A stretch of 54,873 nt of DNA from a virus (IMGVR_UViG_3300031576_000054:1-54873); one strand, 5' to 3'. Positions 6,784 to 16,352 are shown, counted from the stretch's first letter. Made by a program: numbers and translations. Notes: a model not told the origin generated them from the sequence alone.

Positions 6784-8519
6784 GCGGTCTCCGTGAATCG
6801 TTCCTCGCCGGCGCGGTAGTAGAGCAGCACCTCGCCGGGAGGCCCATACCGGCTCGCCACCACCGAGAGGACCGTCGGCACGCTCGGCTGGACCGCCGGC
6901 GGTCCAGCCCGCGCTCTGTCCACCGCCTGATCCACGTCGCGTTGTCGCGTCGAGCGGGTGAGCACAACGAGACTGTCGCAATCGCTCGCCACGGCGGCGG
7001 TTCCGCGCGCCGCGTAGAGGCCCAACATCTTCGACGTGTCTTCCATTCGCGGCTGCGCGATCAGGAGCACGCACAGATCCAGCTCCATCGCCAGTTCTTT
7101 CAGGTACTTCGTGGCCGATGCCAGGATCGCGTGCTCGTTCTCCTCGCCACGGGATAGGTAGTGCAGGTTGTCGAGCACCATGAGCTTCGCGCCGAAGACC
7201 CGCCCAGCCGCCCGCATCTGCCGGTAGGCTTCCTCTGGCGAGCGCAGCGCCCCGAATCCCAGGTAAAGAGGCTTGTCGTCGAGAAAATCGCAGAGCAGGT
7301 CCATCTGAACATCGTTGATTTCGCCCCACGGCTTCTCGAAATGCTGCGCCGCGATGCGCTTGACGATCTCCGTGGGCGGCATTTCCAGGCACCAGAACAC
7401 GCTCGGTCTACCCGCAATCGCGTTCGTAAAGGCGACCTGAAGCGCGGCCGTCGTCTTTCCGGTCTTTGGGTGTCCGACGAAGACGACCAGGTGTCCGTAG
7501 CCCAGCCGCAGAAATTGGCGCGCGTTCGACCACGGCACGGCGAGGTCCGCCGTTTGTGGCTCCTCCCGCTCCCTGCGCATCCGCTCGATCATGCCGCGCA
7601 GGATCTCGCCGACGTGCTTGACGCCGTCGATCTCGCACGGCTTGGCCGTCGTCACGCAGCCCCGCAGGGCTTCCGCACCCATGCCGACGAGAACCGCGTT
7701 GGCGTCCTTCGTCTCCCACTCGCGGTCGAAGTCGAGAACCCGGCACCTGTCCGGTCCCAGACGGCGGATCAGTTCCGCCAACGCCGCCCGCCCGGCCTCG
7801 TCCTGGTCGTAGTTGAGGACGACGTAGTCGAGCTTCGACAGGGCAACGATTTCCTCCGGCGCCGCCCCCTGCGGACTGGCAGCGCCGACGGAAACGGCGT
7901 TGGACACGCCGGCAGCGACCCAGGACGCCGCGTTGATCTCCCCCTCGCAGAGAATCGCCCACTTCTGGCCCACGAGCGCGCCGGCGTTGAACAGGCCCGC
8001 CGCGGACGATCCGATGCAGCGGAAGCGGTCGTCATGCGCAACCGCGGATCCGACGGCTCGGAGCTTGACGCTGGCGACCTTGCCGTCCCGCCAGCGCGGG
8101 AGCGCGACGTGTTTCGCGCCGGCGTGGACGTGAAGTCCGATCCCAAGGCCCCGAATCAGATCGGGGTTGGCCAGTCCGCGTTCGGTGAGGTAGGCCATCG
8201 CTAGGTCGTCGGCGAGCAGCGCGGACGAAGCGGCCTTCGCGTCGAAGCAGATCGGCGGCTTGGTCGCCGGACGCGGACCGAATGCGGATGCCGCGGCGAC
8301 GGGCAGCGCCTGCCCAAACTTGGCCGCGAGTTCGGCGAGGTTGCCCTTGCGCCCGCAGGCGGCGTGGTAGCAAATCCAACCACCATGCTCGGCGTTGATC
8401 CAAAGTTTGCGCCGATGCCCGCAGAAGGGGCAGGCTTCGAGGATGAGCTGTGGCCCGTTCTGGCCTGTCGATAGCATGAACTGGACGCCGCTGCGCCGGA
8501 GGATTTCCGCGGCCATCAT
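6780..8519 (-). CDS. T7 gp4/Twinkle-like primase-helicase
   Basis: CPFC zinc finger; TOPRIM (CEGE, YDQDEAG, KDAN); DnaB-type Walker A GHPKTGKTT, LEM, LDNLH. Confidence 0.9.
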   Translation of the reverse strand: MMAAEILRRSGVQFMLSTGQNGPQLILEACPFCGHRRKLWINAEHGGWICYHAACGRKGNLAELAAKFGQALPVAAASAFGPRPATKPPICFDAKAASSALLADDLAMAYLTERGLANPDLIRGLGIGLHVHAGAKHVALPRWRDGKVASVKLRAVGSAVAHDDRFRCIGSSAAGLFNAGALVGQKWAILCEGEINAASWVAAGVSNAVSVGAASPQGAAPEEIVALSKLDYVVLNYDQDEAGRAALAELIRRLGPDRCRVLDFDREWETKDANAVLVGMGAEALRGCVTTAKPCEIDGVKHVGEILRGMIERMRREREEPQTADLAVPWSNARQFLRLGYGHLVVFVGHPKTGKTTAALQVAFTNAIAGRPSVFWCLEMPPTEIVKRIAAQHFEKPWGEINDVQMDLLCDFLDDKPLYLGFGALRSPEEAYRQMRAAGRVFGAKLMVLDNLHYLSRGEENEHAILASATKYLKELAMELDLCVLLIAQPRMEDTSKMLGLYAARGTAAVASDCDSLVVLTRSTRQRDVDQAVDRARAGPPAVQPSVPTVLSVVASRYGPPGEVLLYYRAGEERFTETA

Positions 8520-9319
8520 GAGTGACTCCCGGCCGGTCGGCCTTCAAGCTGCCGGATCTTGCGGTCCACGTCGTCTAACCCTATTGAGGCTGGTGATTTC
8601 GGTAAATGGATAAGTGCTTTGTTTGCGTGCCAAGACGGGCGACCGGGGTTGGCGCGGTGCCAGTTCAGGTATGCCATGGCCTCGATCCCGGCGGCGCGTG
8701 CGGCCCCGTAGTGACGGGCGAAGGCTTCGTAGCCGTCCGTCCCATGCGCCATCCGATACTCCTGGTAGGCGGCGACGTGGACCTGGTCGGCCCCCGGAGG
8801 GGGTTCTCTGCGATCCGGTAACGGTGATGCTTCCGGTATCTCGTGAGCATGCGCGCCGTTCGTCAGTAACGCGTTGCGTGACGCATTACGTGATATATCA
8901 CGTGATGCGTCACCTGTTGCTGTTGCTGTTTCGGTAGACAGTAGTGGTGTATGGGGAGGAGGAGAAACGGCACCGAGAACCGCTTGCTGTTTCAGGCGCC
9001 ATGTCTTCATGTACTCGGCATGCCGTGATCTCTTCGCCGGCAGCTTGGCAATTTCCTCGCCGTTGTGGTGCATCCAATCGTGAAGCGTGCAACCGTCGCC
9101 CTCGAGGAAACCGGCCTCAATGAGCGCGGCCGCGGCATGACACCGAGCGGCCAAGTCTATTTCGCCTGGGCGGAATCGCCCATCGCGACGGATGCGTCTG
9201 GCCCAAGACCAGATTCGCAGCAGCACGCGCGCAGCCCCGGGTCCAAGCCGCGCTTCAAGAACGTCCAACTTCGGATGATCGGCCAATGAGGCATCCACGC
9301 GGAACCATTCGTCACCCAT
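8516..9319 (-). CDS. Putative replication initiator / replisome organiser
   Basis: WFRVD...HPK, LWSW-like and LHDW..HN N-terminal motifs; internal iteron-like repeats; upstream of the helicase. Confidence 0.7.
   Translation of the reverse strand: MGDEWFRVDASLADHPKLDVLEARLGPGAARVLLRIWSWARRIRRDGRFRPGEIDLAARCHAAAALIEAGFLEGDGCTLHDWMHHNGEEIAKLPAKRSRHAEYMKTWRLKQQAVLGAVSPPPHTPLLSTETATATGDASRDISRNASRNALLTNGAHAHEIPEASPLPDRREPPPGADQVHVAAYQEYRMAHGTDGYEAFARHYGAARAAGIEAMAYLNWHRANPGRPSWHANKALIHLPKSPASIGLDDVDRKIRQLEGRPAGSHS
8871..8916. repeat. Putative replication origin: 12-bp periodic repeats forming a 36-bp near-palindrome
   Basis: GTGACGCATTACGTGATATATCACGTGATGCGTCAC (8878-8913) has one mismatched pair; lies inside the initiator gene. 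Confidence 0.65.
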
Positions 9320-9478
9320 GCCGACCTCCGGCGTGGCGATCCCCGCTCACCTGGCCCTGGCCCGGCGCTATTGCTCGACCGACTCCCCGAGGGAAGGCGG
9401 GTAGCGTCAAGCGCAGGGCCATGTGGCCGGGGATCATTGTTGAGATCTCGGGGAACAGGATTCAGTCGAGCACCGTCC

Positions 9479-9506
9479 ATTCTACGGATTCGGTTGGGGG
9501 AGTCAA
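9479..9506 (-). promoter_or_regulatory. Sigma70 promoter for the replication genes
   Basis: TTGACT-N16-TAGAAT. Confidence 0.7.
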
Positions 9507-9545
9507 GGGCTTTCGTGCCGCGCCCGCCAGTGGTTGCACGCCAGG

Positions 9546-10628
9546 TCATGGTTTCATCTCCACCTGCGTCAGCACCCCAGCTTCCTCGACGATCCTTGCG
9601 CGCGCCATCTCGGCGTATTTCGGGTTGAGCTCGATGCCGATGCAGTCGCGGCCCAGCTTCGCCGCGACGACGCCGACCGTCCCCGTGCCGAAGAACGGAT
9701 CGAGCACCGTCCCGCCCGGAGGACATCCGGCGGCGATGCAGGGATGGACGAGGGCCTCCGGGAACGCGGCGAAATGCTCTCGCCTCGTCGGTTGCGCTGG
9801 GATCGTCCACACGGTGCGTCGGTTGCGCATGAAACCGATCTCGCCATTTGCCTCGGCTTCGTTCCAACGCTCGTTGAGTCCGCTTGGTCGTCGGTCGCCG
9901 CTGCATTCGTTCTTCGCGCGCCCCTTGCCCGGGCCCCCGTCCCGACGGAGCTTGGTGAGGCCCGACTGGCACGCTTGACCTGGCGCGTGCACCTCGCACC
10001 CATTCCTATTCCTGCGATGGTCTCCGTAGACGGCGGGTTCCGCGAAGGCGGCCGAGTCGAAGTGGTAGCGTTCGCTCTTGGCCAGAAGGAACACGTACTC
10101 GTGCGAGTGCGTGGGGCGATCCTTCACGCTCTCTGGTATGCAGTTAGTTTTCGCGTAGATAATGTCGGACCGCAACCACCATCCGGCGTCGCGCAGGGCG
10201 AAGGCAACCATCCACGGAATGCCGATCAGGTCCTTGACCTTCACGCCGGGCGACGGCCGCCGCGTGCATTCTCGCATTGCCACCGCGTCACGAACCGCCG
10301 TGAATCGACGGTCGGCGCGCTGGCCGTTCTTGCCCTGCCAGCCCGGGCCCCCGGCTTGCGCGTAGGTATCCCCGAGCACCACCCACGCGGTGCCATCGCC
10401 CCGCAGCACGCGCCGGACTTCCTCGAAGACCTCGACCAACCTACACACGTAGCACTTCCCGCACTCCGCCCGCCCGCACGAGGGCGTCGCCTCCAAACCC
10501 ATCTGCCCCTCGACGCCATAATCGCGCTGCGCCCAGTACGCGGGCGAACTCACGCAGCAATTCACGGACTCGTCCGGCAGCTCGCGCAGTCGCGCGAGGG
10601 CGTCGCCAACGAGAATGCGCACGTTCAC
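9546..10628 (-). CDS. Orphan DNA amino-methyltransferase (N4-C/N6-A, beta class)
   Basis: SSPAYW catalytic motif, HEYVFLL, RTVWTI, HFAAFP, VLDPFFGTGT, GIELNPKY; GGAGG SD with GTG start. Confidence 0.9.
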   Translation of the reverse strand: MNVRILVGDALARLRELPDESVNCCVSSPAYWAQRDYGVEGQMGLEATPSCGRAECGKCYVCRLVEVFEEVRRVLRGDGTAWVVLGDTYAQAGGPGWQGKNGQRADRRFTAVRDAVAMRECTRRPSPGVKVKDLIGIPWMVAFALRDAGWWLRSDIIYAKTNCIPESVKDRPTHSHEYVFLLAKSERYHFDSAAFAEPAVYGDHRRNRNGCEVHAPGQACQSGLTKLRRDGGPGKGRAKNECSGDRRPSGLNERWNEAEANGEIGFMRNRRTVWTIPAQPTRREHFAAFPEALVHPCIAAGCPPGGTVLDPFFGTGTVGVVAAKLGRDCIGIELNPKYAEMARARIVEEAGVLTQVEMKP

Positions 10629-10641
10629 GGTCCTCCGCTCA

Positions 10642-11082
10642 TTATCGTGGGCGCGCTTGCCCGCTCCGTGCAACGCAGCGCCTCTCGCCGTCCGACAGGA
10701 CGGGCTCCACACTTCCGCGTCGATAGCAAAAATGGCACTGACTTGAGATCCTTGTTCCGCGGCGTCTCCATTCCTGCCCGCACACTCGACAGCGGACGCG
10801 CGAATACTTTGCATTCCTGCGCAGCGAAGCGAGGTGTCTTAGAACCCGGATCTGCGGTCGCGCAGTGGTGCCGTTAGATCCTCTCGGGATCGCTACAAAA
10901 TGATCTAGCGCCCATTCGATTTTCGTCTCAACCGCCCGTCTATCGTCTGGCGGCAGGTTCTTGGCCTTCATCTTCTCAACCCACAAGGGATGATCCTTGT
11001 CGAGCCACACCGGACCACGCGTGTCCTTGAGTATTTTCTTCACCATTGAATACGCGATCGCCTCCGCGTGGGCTTCGGTCAC
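10642..11082 (-). CDS. Hypothetical protein with C-terminal zinc ribbon
   Basis: CRVC...CHFC; GTGA coupling. Confidence 0.6.
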   Translation of the reverse strand: MTEAHAEAIAYSMVKKILKDTRGPVWLDKDHPLWVEKMKAKNLPPDDRRAVETKIEWALDHFVAIPRGSNGTTARPQIRVLRHLASLRRNAKYSRVRCRVCGQEWRRRGTRISSQCHFCYRRGSVEPVLSDGERRCVARSGQARPR

Positions 11083-11270
11083 GTCCGCCTCCGCTCGTTG
11101 TCGCCGGCGAGCTGGTGCGCGCGGCGCAGCCAGCGACGCAGAAAGGACGGGCGGAAAACCATTCGCCGCTCACGCGGCGTCAGATTTTCCCACAGCGCGT
11201 GGTCTGCAATCATTTCCAGCACGAGCCGGATCGCTCTCTCGCCCAGCTCGCGGTCGTCAACGGGTTTCAT
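11079..11270 (-). CDS. Hypothetical protein (63 aa)
   Basis: GGAGG SD. Confidence 0.6.
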   Translation of the reverse strand: MKPVDDRELGERAIRLVLEMIADHALWENLTPRERRMVFRPSFLRRWLRRAHQLAGDNERRRT

Positions 11271-11322
11271 CTTTCCTCCCTTGCGCGTCGTCATCGATCC
11301 TCCTACGTTGTTCGGCTATGCC

Positions 11323-11622
11323 TCACACACCCACCCCATGGCACGGAGTTCCATCGCTTTTCATGCGCCCGCAGGTGTTACCGGGCATGTTCACGCTCAC
11401 CGATCGGCACAGGGGGCACGTTGAATTTATCGGGCATCCGTGTAAATGGCGAGTCATGCACACCGGCCGCTCGGCGAGTCGTCCTTGTGCATTCTTGTGG
11501 TACGACGTGTATCCACGTCCTTGCACAAAAGTTCCCTTATCGTATCCGAGGCAGTAACACGGACGCGAGGCGCATTTTTCGTCGAGCACATCAACTCGAA
11601 GTTTCCCGATGTTTATTATCAT
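11323..11622 (-). CDS. Cys-rich hypothetical protein (99 aa)
   Basis: GGAGG SD; multiple Cys residues. Confidence 0.65.
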   Translation of the reverse strand: MIINIGKLRVDVLDEKCASRPCYCLGYDKGTFVQGRGYTSYHKNAQGRLAERPVCMTRHLHGCPINSTCPLCRSVSVNMPGNTCGRMKSDGTPCHGVGV

Positions 11623-11707
11623 GCGTCCGCCTCCTCCCGAATCCGAGCGGACTTCTTCCCGGCCCGGCCGCTGCAATCGGGCGCGCAGACGTGGACGGTG
11701 CGCTTCT

Positions 11708-11905
11708 TCATGTTCGTTCCTTCACACCCGCCGCGGATTCGGGTTCATCGCCCACCAGTCCGTCGCCCGTCACGTCGCGCACGGTGATCTTCACGTTCGA
11801 CGTGTGGGTGTTCGTCGTCAGGCACCACAGAAGAGTCGACGTGTTCATCCACAGTGGCCCCAACGAACCGGGAAACTCGATCTCGAAGATTCGCTTCACG
11901 TTCAC
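11708..11905 (-). CDS. Hypothetical protein
   Basis: GTGA coupling; SD. Confidence 0.55.
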   Translation of the reverse strand: MNVKRIFEIEFPGSLGPLWMNTSTLLWCLTTNTHTSNVKITVRDVTGDGLVGDEPESAAGVKERT

Positions 11906-12378
11906 TCCTCCAGCCACGCAACCGCCTGCTCGATCAGCCACCACTGGGAATCCGTAAACTGGAATCTCTCACGCTGTTTGGACAAACTGTCTCGCAGAGA
12001 AGTCTTTCCATACGTCGCGCTGGCCGCACTCCAGTCGATCACCATTTCGATGATGTCGAGGAAACCCATTGCGTCCGCGCTCCCGTGAAACTCCGGGTGA
12101 TGGCTGTTACGGGAGAAGTGTAGTGAGATACAACCTCCGGGTTGCTTCTCGCTGTCCATGCTGGCGTTGTATTCCACCGATCCGTATGGGTGTTCGCGCG
12201 CCGCCCGGTTGATCCGGCAGAATCCGAGAATCTCGTCTGTGGTCAGTTTCGATTCGTCATGCGCTATTGCCCTGCGCTGCAATTCGGCAACGAGGCGGTG
12301 CAGGCGCAAGCGCACGAAGTCGCGGTGTCGAATAATCGTTGCCAAAGCAAGAACTTGATCATCGTTCATCACGCTCAC
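11902..12378 (-). CDS. DUF5662-like HD-fold protein
   Basis: H..V...HDESK...H...NSHHPE...M...D..EM..DW.AA pattern. Confidence 0.75.
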   Translation of the reverse strand: MSVMNDDQVLALATIIRHRDFVRLRLHRLVAELQRRAIAHDESKLTTDEILGFCRINRAAREHPYGSVEYNASMDSEKQPGGCISLHFSRNSHHPEFHGSADAMGFLDIIEMVIDWSAASATYGKTSLRDSLSKQRERFQFTDSQWWLIEQAVAWLEE

Positions 12379-12767
12379 TCCTCCGACAGCTTCTCGGGTT
12401 TGACCTTCGGCCGCTCGATCTCTATTTCCACACCGTATTCTCTGGCGAGTCCGCGTCGTTGACCGTAGACCCACTCGAAGCCGTCGCGGTCATTCGGGGC
12501 ACCCAGGCATTCGGCTACCTGATCGCGTATGGCTTTCAGCGCGCCGGCGAGGTTGTCGTCATCGAGCGCTCTCGGCGCTATCCTGGTCAATTTTACTTTC
12601 CACGGTCCAGCACGCTGAAAGGTCCCACCCATGAAAGCCCACACTGCCATACGCTGCTCTTTGGTGCGTCGTTGTCGCACGCGCCAATGCTCGTGCGACG
12701 CGCGGTTCGTCTCGCTCACAGTTCGTATCGGGACGTATAGTGCGTTGTACATGTGCTGGCGATTCAT
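12375..12767 (-). CDS. RusA-like Holliday junction resolvase
   Basis: S.N...HW, LTRIAPRALDDDNLAGALKAIRD. Confidence 0.75.
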   Translation of the reverse strand: MNRQHMYNALYVPIRTVSETNRASHEHWRVRQRRTKEQRMAVWAFMGGTFQRAGPWKVKLTRIAPRALDDDNLAGALKAIRDQVAECLGAPNDRDGFEWVYGQRRGLAREYGVEIEIERPKVKPEKLSEE

Positions 12768-12855
12768 GGATCATACTCCGACGTGCGGTTGCCTCCTCTC
12801 CAACAGCTCCTTTTCCTCCCAGGCGGCAGGTCGGACAGCGAGACGGCGCGCTTAC

Positions 12856-13260
12856 TCACGGCTTTTCATATTCCTCACCACCGTATTCCTCGCGGTCCTT
12901 CTTCTGCTCTTCCAGCACGTCGCGCACTTCGTTCTGCTGGTAGTGCGTGCCGGTCTTCGGATCAACGTTGGCCAGATCGCCCGGATTCTTCGGCGCACCA
13001 TAGCCGAAGACGCCTTGTAGCCCCGGTTCGCTCGCGCATGGTCGGTCTACGATGTCGGGATCGTAGACGTGCTTTGGATCGCCGCAACTCGGCCGCAACA
13101 TCCCACGGGAGACAAATTCAATCAGATCCGCAATCTCTCCCTGACTGGGCTTGCGCCCGGCCTTGTCCTGATAACACTTGACGATCTCCTGGATGGCGCT
13201 CCCGAGGAGATCCGCAGGATGATCGCCGAGGATCCCGTGTTCCGATTCCCACCATCCCAT
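12856..13260 (-). CDS. Hypothetical protein (134 aa)
   Basis: AGGAGG SD; protein-like composition. Confidence 0.7.
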   Translation of the reverse strand: MGWWESEHGILGDHPADLLGSAIQEIVKCYQDKAGRKPSQGEIADLIEFVSRGMLRPSCGDPKHVYDPDIVDRPCASEPGLQGVFGYGAPKNPGDLANVDPKTGTHYQQNEVRDVLEEQKKDREEYGGEEYEKP

Positions 13261-13375
13261 AGCATCCTCCTATTCTGTTATTGGCGCGAACGCTTCCCCC
13301 GCGACGTGCGAGTCGCCTTGCGTTTGGCGTTGGCAACGAGGCGTTTGAACTCGGCGGCCGACATGCTGGGTGTAG

Positions 13376-13906
13376 TCATCTCGGTATGGCTCCCCTGAAC
13401 ACGGCGTCCCAATAGCGCAGGCTCGCCAGCCGCCACACGCGGTTGCGGAGGTCGCCGGGCGAGACGCTCATCTTCGACGGCAGGCGGTGGGCGCAGCGCA
13501 GGCGTTCGACGACGGGCAGCCGATCGCCGTCCGGCGGTGCGCTGGCGACGAACAGCCCGGCGTGGAGCGCCTCGGCGCGCCGCATGCCGTCGTCCCGCAG
13601 GGCGGCGGGCACGGCAAGCCAGTAGTAGTCCGTGCGGGCGTCAGCACTCCAAAGCCAGCGGCGTTTTTTCTCATCGGCCCGCAGATCGCCGCGACTGCAC
13701 TTGATCTCGATTTCGTGCAGTTTCCCGCTGGAGGATACCGCGATCACATCGGCCTCGCCGAGGAGCGGCAGACCCCAGCTCACGTTGGGGCACACCGCCC
13801 ACCTGCGCGGCGGAAACCAGGCGTGCACCACGGCGGCCGCGATGCCGGCCTCGGTGGGCACCCATTTCGCGCCTTCTTTGGCGGCTGTTATGCTGCGCTG
13901 CGTCAT
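13376..13906 (-). CDS. MmcB-like PD-(D/E)XK protein
   Basis: EADVIAVS.SG...EIEIKCSRGDLRAD.KK; YWLAVP. Confidence 0.75.
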   Translation of the reverse strand: MTQRSITAAKEGAKWVPTEAGIAAAVVHAWFPPRRWAVCPNVSWGLPLLGEADVIAVSSSGKLHEIEIKCSRGDLRADEKKRRWLWSADARTDYYWLAVPAALRDDGMRRAEALHAGLFVASAPPDGDRLPVVERLRCAHRLPSKMSVSPGDLRNRVWRLASLRYWDAVFRGAIPR

Positions 13907-14103
13907 TCCGTCACCTCCGGTTCGAAGAAACTCGGATGCCAATAGCTCTCTGTCACCCTCCCATCCATCAGCACGACGAAATGTCCACGGCGCGAAATAC
14001 GAATGAGTGTTCCCTTCGTCCCAGGTCCGTACCTCAACGAAGGAGAATGAAGCCCTTGTGCGATTGCCTCGGCCGTAAGCTGTACGCGATCACCAGGTTT
14101 CAT
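13903..14103 (-). CDS. Small SH3-like hypothetical protein
   Basis: MKPGDRVQL pattern; ATGA coupling. Confidence 0.65.
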   Translation of the reverse strand: MKPGDRVQLTAEAIAQGLHSPSLRYGPGTKGTLIRISRRGHFVVLMDGRVTESYWHPSFFEPEVTE

Positions 14104-14513
14104 TCCGCACCTTCCGCCGCTCCCGGCTCCGCAGCTTTGTGCGCGTCTTCCGGTTCCATGACACTCCACTTCTTGCACAGCGCAAGATGCCCTTCCTGTG
14201 CCTGTTGCGCGGTATTGTAAGAGTCTACCTCTAGGTCACTTCCGTTGCCGAGAGGAGCCCCACAACCGCAGTTTGCCCCCGCACAATGGTGGTGAACGCG
14301 GAATACCATCGTCTCGTAGAGCCTTCGCCATCCGATTTGCTCTGCCTTGGTGTTTCCTCCGTTCTTGCGGATCGACGGGACGCTGTGATAATCTCCCACC
14401 GTCGAGACGTAGTAGCCGTTGCCGAGGTCGGTGCAGAGATGGAAACGGCACCACGGCGCGCAGATGAAGTGCCCCGCCATCCCGTACCACTTCCATTCAC
14501 TAGGCTGCGTCAT
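14100..14513 (-). CDS. Hypothetical protein (137 aa, Cys/His motifs)
   Basis: GHFIC..WCRFHLCT, YETMVF; translational coupling. Confidence 0.75.
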   Translation of the reverse strand: MTQPSEWKWYGMAGHFICAPWCRFHLCTDLGNGYYVSTVGDYHSVPSIRKNGGNTKAEQIGWRRLYETMVFRVHHHCAGANCGCGAPLGNGSDLEVDSYNTAQQAQEGHLALCKKWSVMEPEDAHKAAEPGAAEGAE

Positions 14514-14749
14514 TACTCGATCTCCGGATGCGCTATGATCCGCTCAATAGTCACTCGGACGACTTGTAGGGGAGGATACTTGTAGGGCCTCCTGCGAAGA
14601 TACGTCTTTGCATCCGCTCGACTCGCGAACGGTCCCGTATACAGATCGCGGACGCGCCGATAGGATTTCGCAAGCCACCATTCCACAACTGCGGGCCCCT
14701 TCATGCCCTTCTCCGCCAGTGCGACATCGATCTGTTGGCGAGTCATCAT
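14513..14749 (-). CDS. Hypothetical protein (78 aa)
   Basis: Coupled at both ends. Confidence 0.6.
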   Translation of the reverse strand: MMTRQQIDVALAEKGMKGPAVVEWWLAKSYRRVRDLYTGPFASRADAKTYLRRRPYKYPPLQVVRVTIERIIAHPEIE

Positions 14750-15174
14750 GCCTTCTCCCCCTCAACCTGGGCGCGGCGCTCCAATTCCGCCGCCGCGTCT
14801 TCGGTGTTGTCGTAGCGGTGGACGATCTTCCCGGCCTCCCTCCACGTCTCCGCGCGGACGCGGGCTTCGAGGCGGGCGAGGGCGCGAAAATTCCACATCA
14901 AATCCAGCCTCGTGCGCGCAGCGGCAACGGGGCACGGGAGCAGGAACATCGAGTTCGGGTGCGCACAATAGCCGTACCGCTTCTCCCTGTCGCTACACGG
15001 ACCGATTTCGTCGCATATGAATCCCAGCACCTTGCGCAACTCGTCGAACTCCGCCGCCATTTCGTCGCGCGCGCGCTCGGCGGATTCGGCCCGGTCGCGT
15101 TCACGATGGAGCGCGCAATAGGAACAGTCCTGGCTCCCCGCGCCGGAGGCGGCCGGATGGTTCTCGCACGTCAT
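14746..15174 (-). CDS. Hypothetical protein (142 aa)
   Basis: GGAGG SD; ATGA coupling. Confidence 0.6.
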   Translation of the reverse strand: MTCENHPAASGAGSQDCSYCALHRERDRAESAERARDEMAAEFDELRKVLGFICDEIGPCSDREKRYGYCAHPNSMFLLPCPVAAARTRLDLMWNFRALARLEARVRAETWREAGKIVHRYDNTEDAAAELERRAQVEGEKA

Positions 15175-15377
15175 ACCTCCTCCTCCGAACCGGATTCTTC
15201 TTCTTCGCATTCGAGTTCGGACAGCCGCATTTTCAATCCCGTCACGAACACGTCCAGCACGCTAAGGGCAACCTCGCAGTAATCCTTCTCCCACTTGATA
15301 CAATCCGCCAGGGTATCTAGGGCGTCCCTGATGGCCTTTCCACAGACTTCCGCCGGTTTCTTGGTCTTGGTGTTCAT
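15171..15377 (-). CDS. Hypothetical protein (68 aa)
   Basis: SD; ATGA coupling. Confidence 0.6.
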   Translation of the reverse strand: MNTKTKKPAEVCGKAIRDALDTLADCIKWEKDYCEVALSVLDVFVTGLKMRLSELECEEEESGSEEEV

Positions 15378-15763
15378 GCCTTCTCCTCCTTCGGGAGCAG
15401 GCCCAGGGTGCGGGCACGCTCAACGAGAGCGTCCTGCAACTCCGCATCGCTGTCCTGCGTCGTTCCGCGTCCGCCCGGCGCAAGCCATTCCGCCGCCTCG
15501 CGCGACCAGGCCAGGAGGGCGGAACCGGCGCTGGATGCCAAAGCCGCTTGGGCAGCCGAATATTGATTGTGGCACGTCTCGCAAAACCCACTTCCTGCGT
15601 GCTTCTCGGCGGACTCGACCTCCCCCCGCGCGCTGGTCAGCCAAGCTGCCTCTGCCGCGCCGGGGAAGTGCCGGAGGATCTGCGCGACCTCCGCGCTACC
15701 GGACTTCTCCAGGTACGCCCGGGCGCGGTTGATCGCGGACTCGGTTTCGTGGGGCATGGTCAT
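15374..15763 (-). CDS. Hypothetical protein
   Basis: In-operon ORF; start uncertain. Confidence 0.55.
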   Translation of the reverse strand: MTMPHETESAINRARAYLEKSGSAEVAQILRHFPGAAEAAWLTSARGEVESAEKHAGSGFCETCHNQYSAAQAALASSAGSALLAWSREAAEWLAPGGRGTTQDSDAELQDALVERARTLGLLPKEEKA

Positions 15764-15779
15764 GGAAAGTATGATGCTC

Positions 15780-16352
15780 CTATTGCGGCACCTTGGGGAT
15801 GAACTTGCGAATGATCTTAGCCATTGCTGCAAAGGCGGCTGCGCGGTTGGCACCGTAGCCGGTGGCGCAGAACACGGCTGCGCGAGCGTCAAGGGCGGCG
15901 TCGGTGGGGTTGCCTCGTGCGTAGGCACAGACGGTGTAGCCTACGCAGGCCGCGGCGTGGGCTGTGGCGCGGGCGCGGAGGCTGACGCTAGCGCCGGTGT
16001 AGCCTGCGCGGCCTGCGGCGTGGGCGGCATTTCTTACCTGTTCAACCGTTACTTTCTTCCCACGCGCCCACTTCTCGCTTATTTCAATGGCGAGGCGCGG
16101 CCGGTCCTCTCCCGCGCGCACATGGTGGAGAACCGTTCGCACGCAGGCGCATGTGACGAGCACGATGCGGCGGTGTTGACGCAAAGTTCTCCAGAACCGC
16201 ATCGCGGCGTACTTTACCATCCAGTCCGCGCGCAGGCAGCGAGACCACATCGCCTGCACGGAACCGGATTGGGATTCGACCCAGGCCACGGCGTCCTTGC
16301 AGGCGTTGAGTTGGTCGGGTGCGAGCTTGGTGAGCAGTTCGGTTTTGGTCAC
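15780..16352 (-). CDS. Imm5-like domain protein
   Basis: AC.DAV.W, RADWM, CACVR.VL, DRPR.AI...W.RG followed by Ala-rich helices. Confidence 0.65.
   Translation of the reverse strand: MTKTELLTKLAPDQLNACKDAVAWVESQSGSVQAMWSRCLRADWMVKYAAMRFWRTLRQHRRIVLVTCACVRTVLHHVRAGEDRPRLAIEISEKWARGKKVTVEQVRNAAHAAGRAGYTGASVSLRARATAHAAACVGYTVCAYARGNPTDAALDARAAVFCATGYGANRAAAFAAMAKIIRKFIPKVPQ

Noticed and set aside
9546-13906. Restriction-modification system (methylase plus nucleases)
   Set aside because: The nucleases are RusA-, MmcB- and phage PD-(D/E)XK types, not a cognate restriction enzyme; orphan methylases are routine in phages.
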